DNA from: Candidatus Izemoplasmatales bacterium
GTDB lineage: Bacteria > Bacillota_I > Bacilli_A > Izemoplasmatales > Hujiaoplasmataceae
DNA length: 64,000 bases
Direction: 5' to 3'
Assembly (NCBI GenBank): GCA_050949045.1
Contig: JBMNEZ010000001.1
Coordinates: 672,001 to 736,000 of the forward strand
Below the pieces are notes generated by a model. That model was given only the letters and a program-made list of their open reading frames with translations. It did no database searches and was not told where the DNA came from. Shown piece after piece: positions 29,113-38,404 of this stretch. How positions within the stretch are numbered: position 1 is the stretch's first letter; every line of letters begins with the position of its first letter. A program made the position numbers and the translations under genes.

Positions 29113-29787
29113 ATGAACGAATTGCTATGGTTTGGCTTTGCGATTCTCAACTTTTTGCTCTTTCTGGCAATATACAGGTTGTTTGGGAAAATCGGTATCA
29201 TCGCCTGGATCGCGATCGGAACCATTCTTGCCAATATTCAGGTTACGAAGTCAATCACCGTCTTCGGGCTGCACGCCACGATGGGAAATATCATGTACGG
29301 AACCGTTTCTCTCGCTACCGATGCTCTCAATGAACTGTATGACAAGCGCGTGGCGACCAAAGCGGTTTTACTGGGGTTCTTTGCACTTTGTGCCACATTG
29401 ATCATCATGCAGGTGGCGCTTCTTTTCCAACCAAACGCTGAGGATATCAGCCAAGATTCGCTTAAAACGATTTTTGGTTTCTTTCCGAGAATTGTCTTGG
29501 GTAGCCTGACTGCCTATATCGTGTCTCAGTGTTTCGACATCTATTTGTTCCAGAAGATTAGAGAAAAACTGCCGGCAGACAAGCACTTATGGATCAGAAA
29601 CAAGGGATCGACATTCGTGAGTCAACTTGTCGATACGATCATCTTCGTACTCATAGCCTTTCTCGGCGTATATTCTTTCCCGGTTGTTTTTCAAATCATC
29701 TTGTCGACATACCTGGTTAAAGCGATTGTGGCCGTGATGGATACGCCGTTCTTATATCTGATCAAGCGAATCAAACCCCTAGAATGA
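29113..29787 (+). CDS. yhhQ: Queuosine precursor transporter (YhhQ/COG1738)
   Basis: Multi-TM; LANIQVTK, TMGNIMYG, RIVLGSLTAYIVSQ, WIRN..ST.VSQLVDT; sits between queA and tgt. Confidence 0.9.
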   Translation: MNELLWFGFAILNFLLFLAIYRLFGKIGIIAWIAIGTILANIQVTKSITVFGLHATMGNIMYGTVSLATDALNELYDKRVATKAVLLGFFALCATLIIMQVALLFQPNAEDISQDSLKTIFGFFPRIVLGSLTAYIVSQCFDIYLFQKIREKLPADKHLWIRNKGSTFVSQLVDTIIFVLIAFLGVYSFPVVFQIILSTYLVKAIVAVMDTPFLYLIKRIKPLE

Positions 29788-29793
29788 ACGATC

Positions 29794-29815
29794 AAGGCCG
29801 TCAGGCCTTTTTTAT
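29794..29815 (+). terminator. Terminator between convergent yhhQ and queA
   Basis: AAGGCC-GTCA-GGCCTT followed by a T-tract. Confidence 0.65.
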
Positions 29816-30837
29816 TTCAAAAACATAGCATCTCCGAAGGAAAAAAACCGATACTTTTCTCTTATTGCCTCTTGGTAGGCGTTCATGATGAGCTCCCTTG
29901 ATGTAAAAGCACTAACCAGCATCAACAGGCTTGACTTCGGCAAGTGAAAATTGGTAATCAAACCGTCAATCGCCAAAAACTGGAACCCAGGATAGATGAA
30001 GATGTCGGTCATACCAGAATCGGCTTTGAAGCACCCATATTTATGGAAGTTCGCTTCAAGGACACGGGTCGAAGTCGTACCGACGGCGATGATTCGCCGT
30101 TTTGTTTCCTTTGCCCTGTTCAAGGCTCGAGCGACAGCATCAGGCATGACAAAAGTTTCGCTATGCATGACATGCTTGGTAAGATCCTCGGTTTGTACCG
30201 GACGGAAAGTCCCCAAGCCAACATGCAAGGTCAAATACAGAATATCAACACCCATATTTTGCAGGTTTTTCAATAAGTCTTCTGTAAAATGAAACCCGGC
30301 GGTGGGTGCGGCAGCGCTGCCATCGACTTTTGCGTAAACAGTCTGATACTGCTCACGATCGGATATTTTTTGATGAATGTATGGAGGTAGCGGCATTTCT
30401 CCCAGTTGATCGAGGATTTCGAGAAAAACTCCGCGGTAGATCATCCTCATGATCCTGATTCCCTCTTCGCGCACGCCCACACATTCCGCCAATAACATCC
30501 CCTCACCAAATGAAACAATGGTGCCTTCCATAACCCTCCGGGCAGGTTTGACAAGCGTTTCCCAATTATCCGCTTCTAGCTGCCTGAGCAAAAGGATTTC
30601 AATCCCGGCTCCGGTTTCAAGTTTGTTTCCGAGCAGCCGTGCCGGGATCACTCTGGTATTGTTAAGAACCAGCGTATCTCCCGGTTTAAGATGATTGCCC
30701 AAATTGAAAAACCGATCATGCTCAAGAGAGTTTGATCGGCAGTCAAAAACGAGTAGTCGCGAATCCGAACGGTTTTTCAGCGGCTTCTGGGCAATCAATG
30801 ACTCTGGAAGAGGATAATTAAAGTCACTGGTTTTCAT
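29812..30837 (-). CDS. queA: S-adenosylmethionine:tRNA ribosyltransferase-isomerase
   Basis: LIAQ.P, NNTRVIPARL, PLPPYI, YQTVYA, AAPTAGFHF, TLHVGLGTF, TNFHLPKS, YRFFSFGDAM. Confidence 0.97.
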   Translation of the reverse strand: MKTSDFNYPLPESLIAQKPLKNRSDSRLLVFDCRSNSLEHDRFFNLGNHLKPGDTLVLNNTRVIPARLLGNKLETGAGIEILLLRQLEADNWETLVKPARRVMEGTIVSFGEGMLLAECVGVREEGIRIMRMIYRGVFLEILDQLGEMPLPPYIHQKISDREQYQTVYAKVDGSAAAPTAGFHFTEDLLKNLQNMGVDILYLTLHVGLGTFRPVQTEDLTKHVMHSETFVMPDAVARALNRAKETKRRIIAVGTTSTRVLEANFHKYGCFKADSGMTDIFIYPGFQFLAIDGLITNFHLPKSSLLMLVSAFTSRELIMNAYQEAIREKYRFFSFGDAMFLK

Positions 30838-31841
30838 TAAAACAGACTCCCTTGATATCCCTTTTTCAGATGCTGGTATGCCTTTTCCGTGACAACGCGC
30901 CCTCTGGGAGTCCGCGACAGATAACCTTGCTGGATCAAATAAGGCTCATAGACATCCTCCAAAGTGAGCGGGTCTTCGCTGATCGATGTGGCAATCGTCT
31001 CAAGTCCAACCGGCCCGCCCCGATATTTGTCGATGATTGTAGTAAGATACTCCCGGTCCTTTCGATCAAGACCGTTTTCATCGATTTTCAATTTTTCCAA
31101 CGCTTTTTTTGTGATGTCGAGAGTGATCTCCCCATCACCGAGAATATCCGCAAAATCACGAACCCTGCGAAACAGACGGTTGACAATCCGCGGAGTCCCC
31201 CGACTTCTCTTTGCCAGTTCGTTTACCGCTAGCGGATCAATTGTGCAGTCATAGATGCCGGCAGTTCTTCTGCAAATCGTCTCAAGATCATTGATCTCAT
31301 AAAAATCAAGACGGTGAACAATGCCGAAACGTTCCCGGAGCGGTCCGGAAAGATCACCGAACCTTGTCGTCGCTCCAACAAGGGTAAATGGCGGTAAATC
31401 AACACGTATTGACTTTGCGCCGGTGTCTTTTCCGACGACGATGTCGATCACAAAATCTTCCATGGAGGAATATAGGATTTCTTCGACGATCCGCGGGAGT
31501 CGATGGATTTCGTCAATAAAGAGGACGTCACCTGGTTCAAGAGATGAGAGGATAGCCGCAAGATCTCCTGTTCTCTCGATCGTCGGGCCGCTACAAACCT
31601 TGATGGACACGCCTAGTTCATGAGCGATGACCGATGCCAAAGTGGTCTTTCCAAGTCCGGGTGGTCCGTAAAGAAGTACATGATCAAGTGATTCCTCGCG
31701 TTTTTTGGCTGCTTGAACCGCAATCATGATCATGTCCTTGACGGATTGTTGACCGATGAATTCCAAAAACGATTGCGGTCTTAACGTAATTTCGATTTCA
31801 TCGTCCACCAGCAAGTTATTTGCTACAATCCGTTTGTCCAT
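30837..31841 (-). CDS. ruvB: Holliday junction helicase RuvB
   Basis: LRP...[40 protein letters not shown]...RTPRGR. Confidence 0.97.
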   Translation of the reverse strand: MDKRIVANNLLVDDEIEITLRPQSFLEFIGQQSVKDMIMIAVQAAKKREESLDHVLLYGPPGLGKTTLASVIAHELGVSIKVCSGPTIERTGDLAAILSSLEPGDVLFIDEIHRLPRIVEEILYSSMEDFVIDIVVGKDTGAKSIRVDLPPFTLVGATTRFGDLSGPLRERFGIVHRLDFYEINDLETICRRTAGIYDCTIDPLAVNELAKRSRGTPRIVNRLFRRVRDFADILGDGEITLDITKKALEKLKIDENGLDRKDREYLTTIIDKYRGGPVGLETIATSISEDPLTLEDVYEPYLIQQGYLSRTPRGRVVTEKAYQHLKKGYQGSLF

Positions 31842-31969
31842 TAACAACACCTCGACACTATTATATCAAATATCGTGGGTTTTTACAGGGAATAATTTGC
31901 TTGCTTTTCTTGAATTATACGTTGTGCTGTATTATAATAAAAACAAGTAATCTATTGGGAGGTGGAAAA

Positions 31970-34900
31970 ATGGCAAAACACCGCGATATCATTTCATATT
32001 ACCTCAATCATTTCCCAAAAATCAGAAGTGACTTTCTCAGCGCTCGGGAAACTCTCGAGCGCAATTTGGATGATACTAGAAACAACCATATCCAAGAAAT
32101 CGAGCGTATCAGAGACAACTACGAATCGTTCGAAAACAATCATGCGATCGAATACCGCCAGCAAGAAGATGACTATCTTGCGGCCGTTTCTCTCATCAAC
32201 GAAGAATATGAAGACATCTTCTCAAAAATAGACTCCGATCTCTCGCATCAGAGAGCTGTTTTCGATGGACGCACAAAAGCTGAGACCGAACAATTCAAAA
32301 GCATCATGGCCAGCATTGATAATCTCCGTCAAGATGCCTATTCCAAATACCTTGAACTAACCGACGCAATAAACAAAAAGATCGACCATGAGATGAAAGT
32401 CCATATCGACTTCATCAATCAAGAAGATGCTGTTCTCGCAAACATCCACAAAGAATACCAAGAACGAAATGCCCAGCAAGCCAACCGCCTCTTGTGGACC
32501 ATCGAACAGTCCCGAAATGCACTTGAGACGCTTGCAAAAGAATTGCAGTCAACTTCAATGAACGAAGTCGCGTTCATGAATGAGTCGATCCTGAAAATAA
32601 TCGAGTCGCTTCGTGAGACTGGAAACCGGATAACGGTTTTGTTCAAGTCCACTTCCGACTTGTTTCTCAAACAGAAAGATAAAATCGAAAATTTGAATCT
32701 CGAACGGCAAAAACCGCATTCACAACTCAATCAGATAATCATCAGGCAATATGTCAAACAAATTCGCGATGTCAATCACAAAAGGACCGTTTTTGACCAA
32801 ATGGTCAAAACCGAACTCGAAAAATCATTGCTTGTCCTCGGGCAACGCATCGTCGACTACGATGCGAGTAACGACAAGCTAGAAACCGAGAAAGCGATTC
32901 TTCAGTATGAGATTGCCCAGGAAAAAGCTGACTATCTGCTTCACAAAAACCAAGCAATGTCTGATTTGTTGATATCCAAATACCAAAACGAAATCAAAAA
33001 AATCAAAATTGATTCTTTCAAGAGAGTCGAAGAGATCAAACTTGCCTATTACATGCCTGCGGCTTTCTACCAAAACAGCGTTAATTTATACAGTAATTTT
33101 GCATTTTACACACGTGAATCTTTTAACGAACTTGATGGTTTGTTGAGCAGTCTTCTAGAATACAACAACCAACTTGCTGACACTAAGAACGCCTACATCT
33201 CCCTGAGCACCAAAACCGTCGAAGACTACAAGCTCAAGGTTATGGTCCATGTGAACAGTGTAACGAGCAAATTGACTGACCTTGTTTCAAAAATCGATGA
33301 ATTAAGCAAAAAGATCATCACGCTTGAATCAAATAATCAGCTGGAAATCGCAGAAATCCGCAAAAAAATGGAATCTGTTGATATCACCGGAGATTATCAG
33401 AAATATATTGCCGGATTAGATAATGATGAATATTTTGCTTGTTATCAACATGACATTAACATGCAAAAAATCCGCTCGGAACACACCTATCAAGAAAGCC
33501 TGCTCCTCGTGGAAAAATCCGCTAACCAAATCCACAAGGACAAGTCTGTGCTTAATAGTTCCATCAGACATCTTCTTGCTTTAGCCGCTTCCGAGAAAAA
33601 CATCCGTGATCTGACATTTGACAAAGAACTCGCTTTGTTTTACGCCCAGCATGCCCTAATGGTTTCTGAACAGGCAACGAAGGAAAAACTCGAGAAACTC
33701 ACATTGGAGTATTATTTCTCCAAGCATGCCAATCTGCTTGCCCGTGGCTATGAGCATCTGAGAAAGACAAATGATCTTGAGATGCAGGCTGGAAGCGAGA
33801 CCGTCGTTGACTACGTGCACAAGACCCAGAAACTGATTGACTTGAACGAAAGTGACGCCGATATGATCAAGCGACGGATAACAGTCAATGAATCCGAACG
33901 TGAGTATGCCTATTACCTTGAAAAAAGCAGAGAAAAGATCATCCGTCAGATCGAGTCGCTCTCAGCCCAGAAAGTTCAGAAAAGTGAACAGGCCTTGGTT
34001 CTTTATAAGAATCACTTCTATTCGACAATCTTCGCAATTCAGCGCTTGTTTGATAATCATCTCTATTCTCTCAAGCGGAGCCTCCTCAGACTTGACCGAA
34101 ACACCGCAAACGCCCAAGCTGCCGATTTGACTGACAAAAACGGTTTTCTCCGTCTTGTTTGCGAAAACATCGACAAAGCGTTCACGCTTGCCGAAGCATC
34201 GCTTCTGCAACTCCGGCCTCAGTTCAATTTAGAAACTGTCGCTTCGTTGAGGAAACAATATCTCTCGCGATACAGCACTCTTTCTGCTCGGTCTCTTAAA
34301 TTGTTGAAAAGAACTTCCGGCAAATCAAGGAAAACATATGCCATTCTCGAAACCTTCTACGTTGAATCAATCAAACTAATCGATGGTATCCTGTCTTCCA
34401 TGAGAAAGATCATTGATAGTGCTGAGATCGATATCACCAGAGATGATGTCCTTTTTATCGAAAGAAGCAACCAACAAAGAAATAAAACTGTCAGAATCAT
34501 CAACCGCGAATTTGATCGGCTTGTCTACGATGCCGTCAAAACCGGCAAACGCAAAAACCGGCAAATCAAAACCATCACTAAAAGAGCCGAAGTCCTGAAC
34601 AATATCCTAAAAGACAAGGTCAAACTCGTCAATGATGCTTATCTCAGCCAAGTCCATGCCTCGAAAGCGAAACTTGAGTTCATCAAACGCGAGTTGGCAA
34701 ATATGATCAGTGACAATGAAAAAGCCCTGAGAATGCAACTTCGAACCGATCGAAAGCGATACGAATCAGAACGTAAACTCATGAAAAAACGCCATTCTGA
34801 TTTTCTGAAAGTCTATCAGATGTTCAAAAAACACTCGGAATATCTTTACCAACATGAAACTGACTTCATTGAAAAATCAACTCTCTCCAAATTAGCCGAC

Positions 34901-35425
34901 TATGATCAGGCCCTGATCACACTTGACAAAAAAGTCATCCAACTTCCTGAAGATACTAGAGCGCTATCAAAGCAACTCGAAACCGAAAAAATGGCTCTTG
35001 TTGAAAAACGCAACCATTCCATGCATGATCAGTTGACGGCGATTGAATCACAGAAATTTATCGCCCGTCCTAAATTCATTGAAACGATCGAAGCTATCAG
35101 AAAGCGGCTGCCGTCAGACTATCTTGAGTTGTATCGACAAATCCAAACCGCTGAAAACGATTTTCTATCACAGTTTCACAATACTGACCTTGTCTTCGCC
35201 AAAGATTTTAAAGATTTCCTTAGAGACCAGACAAAATACACTGAAGTTTTAAACAATGACCTGCCTCTCAAACCATTTGACAGTTTTCTGAAGTTTCAAG
35301 AGTATATCTACGAAAAAACGGATCTCGTTTTTCTTGAAACCATTGACAAGTCTAACCAGACCAAAAAGATGATAGCCGATGAAGAACAGCGGATGAAAGA
35401 CAAAGAAAAGCGCATCATCGGCTAA
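31970..35425 (+). CDS. Giant coiled-coil protein of unknown function (1151 aa)
   Basis: Long ORF; ATG 31970 with GGAGGTG RBS; E/K/L/I/Q-rich, about 1% Pro and 1% Gly by manual count; no TM, signal peptide or Walker A seen. Confidence 0.85.
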   Translation: MAKHRDIISYYLNHFPKIRSDFLSARETLERNLDDTRNNHIQEIERIRDNYESFENNHAIEYRQQEDDYLAAVSLINEEYEDIFSKIDSDLSHQRAVFDGRTKAETEQFKSIMASIDNLRQDAYSKYLELTDAINKKIDHEMKVHIDFINQEDAVLANIHKEYQERNAQQANRLLWTIEQSRNALETLAKELQSTSMNEVAFMNESILKIIESLRETGNRITVLFKSTSDLFLKQKDKIENLNLERQKPHSQLNQIIIRQYVKQIRDVNHKRTVFDQMVKTELEKSLLVLGQRIVDYDASNDKLETEKAILQYEIAQEKADYLLHKNQAMSDLLISKYQNEIKKIKIDSFKRVEEIKLAYYMPAAFYQNSVNLYSNFAFYTRESFNELDGLLSSLLEYNNQLADTKNAYISLSTKTVEDYKLKVMVHVNSVTSKLTDLVSKIDELSKKIITLESNNQLEIAEIRKKMESVDITGDYQKYIAGLDNDEYFACYQHDINMQKIRSEHTYQESLLLVEKSANQIHKDKSVLNSSIRHLLALAASEKNIRDLTFDKELALFYAQHALMVSEQATKEKLEKLTLEYYFSKHANLLARGYEHLRKTNDLEMQAGSETVVDYVHKTQKLIDLNESDADMIKRRITVNESEREYAYYLEKSREKIIRQIESLSAQKVQKSEQALVLYKNHFYSTIFAIQRLFDNHLYSLKRSLLRLDRNTANAQAADLTDKNGFLRLVCENIDKAFTLAEASLLQLRPQFNLETVASLRKQYLSRYSTLSARSLKLLKRTSGKSRKTYAILETFYVESIKLIDGILSSMRKIIDSAEIDITRDDVLFIERSNQQRNKTVRIINREFDRLVYDAVKTGKRKNRQIKTITKRAEVLNNILKDKVKLVNDAYLSQVHASKAKLEFIKRELANMISDNEKALRMQLRTDRKRYESERKLMKKRHSDFLKVYQMFKKHSEYLYQHETDFIEKSTLSKLADYDQALITLDKKVIQLPEDTRALSKQLETEKMALVEKRNHSMHDQLTAIESQKFIARPKFIETIEAIRKRLPSDYLELYRQIQTAENDFLSQFHNTDLVFAKDFKDFLRDQTKYTEVLNNDLPLKPFDSFLKFQEYIYEKTDLVFLETIDKSNQTKKMIADEEQRMKDKEKRIIG

Positions 35426-35440
35426 GCCTCAGGAGGAGAA

Positions 35441-38371
35441 ATGGCAGAAACAAAGAACAAGCTTCAACAGGAGCTCGACAACAAAAAAACATTTCTCGAG
35501 AAGTCTAAAACAGCCTTTGAATCCGAACTGGCCTTGTTTGAGCGTTTCTTCCAATCCATCACCCATCATGCCCAGACCCACAGACAGATCACGCTCAATA
35601 ATATCGAAGCGATCGAGGAAAGATTGATCTCCCTCAAGGAACAGGCGGCCCAACTTAAAGACTCAATTATCTACCATGACGAGACCGTCATTGTCGACAG
35701 GCAGGAAATAATCGCCCAAACCGAAGCAAAAGTCCATGCTAATAATGTCTCTATTCTCGATTTTGACCGGGCCCACGCCGATGACCTCGTCGATACGCTC
35801 GACTATCTCAACAAGGCTCTCATCCAGGTCAAGGTTAATTTCTTCGACTCTTTCCGTCGCCATTTTCTCGATGTCATCGTGGAAAACCAAGACTATTACG
35901 CCTATATTGAAAAAGTGTCGAACCAGTTCCAAAATATCCTCTCCCGGCACCAAGAAGAAATCATCAATACTTTTCTCTCCCTCAACGAAGAAATTACCCA
36001 CATGGATGACGGCATTACCGACATCATCAAGCGCAAAAACGAGACAATCCAGAACATTGAAACCTTCTTCACCCGAGAGATGAAGAATTATCTCGACAAC
36101 CAATTGATGTTTTCTCCGGTTGCCGACCCCACTTCCATTGATATCCAAGCGCTAGTATCAGACAAGATCGTTCAATATAACACCTTTAAGAAACATCTTG
36201 AATCTCAGAATGCCAAAATGATCGCCCACCTCAATGAGAAAGCAAGTTATCTCATCAAGGAGATCAAGGAACGCTTGCTTGAACAAAAGTCGCTCGAATT
36301 GACAGGCACAGCCGATTTTTTCACTGATCCCCAAGCGAATCTCATTGTTTTGAAAACCCGATTGCTCGAAGCCGAGGCCCAGAAAGACAAACACGAAGCG
36401 GAAAAACTTGCCCTAGCCGTCGAAACCCTGAATCAATATCGGTTACTCGAAGAACATGCTGAAAAACGGGCCAGATTCCTTGCAAGAAAACAGCGCCGAT
36501 ATTTGAACCGCATGCTCAAGGAATACTTGATCGAATCGGCGAAAACAATGAACAATCTCGAAAGAACGCTGTCCTTATACCAGAACTTGATGGATTACGA
36601 CACTTTTTTAGCCCAGGCAATCGGTGATGATTCGACCAAAATCATCAAAGCCGAACTTGACCACCTCGAGATTCTGGCAATGAATAAAGAACTCAAACTC
36701 AACATTGATTTTGATATCAACAGCATCAATATCAAAACTAAAATCAATGAGGTTGAGAACAAACTCATCTATCAGGTGAAAAAACAGATGCTGCTCCAGC
36801 AAATCGAACTGATCGAACTGATCGCCGACATCCAGATTTCCATCCTAGACAAAAAAGCGATGGTGTTCACCGCCAAAAACATGGTCCAGCGCGAACGGAT
36901 CTTGATCGACCGCCTTGAAACCGCGATGAACTACCATCTTGAGTACCTCCACCAGGTTGCCGGTTTGAACCGCGCCTGGAATTCTGAGGTCCTTGAATTG
37001 ATCATCGCGGATATCCGTGGCCGCGAAACTTACAATATCCACGTCGTCGAGGCTGCCTCCAAGGTCAAGCTCGGTCTCAAGGAATATGATATGAAGGCTC
37101 TCCACTTCAAGACGATGTTTGAAAATGAACTCAGTTATTTGGTTATGCAGTCTTCAAGAGTCAGCGAAGAAAACGCGATCCATAACGAGTTTCTCCTGAC
37201 AACTCTCGAAAACCAGATGCGCTTCACCAAAGAACAGATCGATCTAGCCAATATTGAATATCGTCTCCGAATTGAGGCAATCATCAAGGCTGTCGATGAA
37301 GAGCGCGCCTATTTCAATGAATTTATTGAAAGCGCCGAACAGAAATACCATAAGAATATCACAATCCTCGAAAACGAATACCAGGTTGAGTTATATAAAA
37401 ATCTCCATATGTTGGAAGAAACCAAAGATCTCAAAATCCAAAAACTGTTGAACAAAGACCTTGAAAAACTCCGCAAGGGCTATGAGGCCAGCCAGATCCA
37501 GATCCTTGAGGCACTGGAAAAAGACCAAAAAATCATTCAAACGAAGCGACGTCTCCGCGACCTTGATGCCCACCTTGAAGATGCTTTGAAAGACGCCGAG
37601 ACGCTTCGCGACGACACGATCCAGGAAATGAAAGAGCAATACACTTTCGCGAAGGATCGCTATGATGCCCTAAAACCCTATCTCGATCAAAAAGTGAATA
37701 TTCTTGATCCGACTTTCTACCAGACTCTCGAAAGCATTAACAAGCGGCTTCGCTACAAACTCAAAACTGCCGAAATCGAACTTGAAAATGAGACTCAGGC
37801 TCTTCTTGACGAATACGTAAAAATCTATTTCATGGAGATGCCTGATTCCGACAATGCCGCCCTGCGCATGAAAATCGATGAACTTTCAACCGCTAGGGAT
37901 AACGCGAGCGAAGCATACGCAGAGAAAATGAACCTTCTTGAGGAAGCTTTCCAGGCTGAACTTGAAGCGTATAAGCAGGAAATCAAAAAGCATGAAGATG
38001 AAAGACAAACCATCATAGCTACGATCATCGCAAAGCGTGATCAAACGCTTGCGGATCTTAATAACGAACTCGATGCGACCAACCAGTACGACGCCGAAAC
38101 TAGGAAGGCACTGGCAATCCAGCATGAGCAACAGGTCAAAGATTTGACCGCTGAATACGAAAACGGCCGCTTGACCAATCACCGTTTCCGCGAAGAGATC
38201 GCTTCCGAATTCACACAATTGACTAATTCCTACAAGCCTTATATCAAGTTTGCCAAACGCAATCCCGATATCCGTGACATCTTCCGTTTCGTTTCAAAAG
38301 AAGCGAACCGGAAACTAAGAAAAAACATCAAATTGATCCGGCGGACGGCAAAAAAAACTCCCTATGTATGA
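35441..38371 (+). CDS. Giant coiled-coil protein of unknown function (976 aa), likely paralog of the upstream gene
   Basis: AGGAGG RBS; starts 15 nt after upstream stop; same composition; basic C-terminal helix. Confidence 0.85.
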   Translation: MAETKNKLQQELDNKKTFLEKSKTAFESELALFERFFQSITHHAQTHRQITLNNIEAIEERLISLKEQAAQLKDSIIYHDETVIVDRQEIIAQTEAKVHANNVSILDFDRAHADDLVDTLDYLNKALIQVKVNFFDSFRRHFLDVIVENQDYYAYIEKVSNQFQNILSRHQEEIINTFLSLNEEITHMDDGITDIIKRKNETIQNIETFFTREMKNYLDNQLMFSPVADPTSIDIQALVSDKIVQYNTFKKHLESQNAKMIAHLNEKASYLIKEIKERLLEQKSLELTGTADFFTDPQANLIVLKTRLLEAEAQKDKHEAEKLALAVETLNQYRLLEEHAEKRARFLARKQRRYLNRMLKEYLIESAKTMNNLERTLSLYQNLMDYDTFLAQAIGDDSTKIIKAELDHLEILAMNKELKLNIDFDINSINIKTKINEVENKLIYQVKKQMLLQQIELIELIADIQISILDKKAMVFTAKNMVQRERILIDRLETAMNYHLEYLHQVAGLNRAWNSEVLELIIADIRGRETYNIHVVEAASKVKLGLKEYDMKALHFKTMFENELSYLVMQSSRVSEENAIHNEFLLTTLENQMRFTKEQIDLANIEYRLRIEAIIKAVDEERAYFNEFIESAEQKYHKNITILENEYQVELYKNLHMLEETKDLKIQKLLNKDLEKLRKGYEASQIQILEALEKDQKIIQTKRRLRDLDAHLEDALKDAETLRDDTIQEMKEQYTFAKDRYDALKPYLDQKVNILDPTFYQTLESINKRLRYKLKTAEIELENETQALLDEYVKIYFMEMPDSDNAALRMKIDELSTARDNASEAYAEKMNLLEEAFQAELEAYKQEIKKHEDERQTIIATIIAKRDQTLADLNNELDATNQYDAETRKALAIQHEQQVKDLTAEYENGRLTNHRFREEIASEFTQLTNSYKPYIKFAKRNPDIRDIFRFVSKEANRKLRKNIKLIRRTAKKTPYV

Positions 38372-38404
38372 AAATGACACTCTATTAATGAGCGTCATTT
38401 TTTT
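38371..38404. terminator. Probably bidirectional terminator between coiled-coil operon and deoB
   Basis: AAAATGACACTC/GAGCGTCATTTT stem with a T-tract on + and short A-run on the other side. Confidence 0.7.

Noticed and set aside
31970..38371. Coiled-coil genes as SMC/SbcC, phage tape measure or a recent horizontal island
   Set aside because: No Walker A/B or signature motif, no phage or mobility genes; the lower GC seen in a spot check is explainable by K/E/I/N-rich composition
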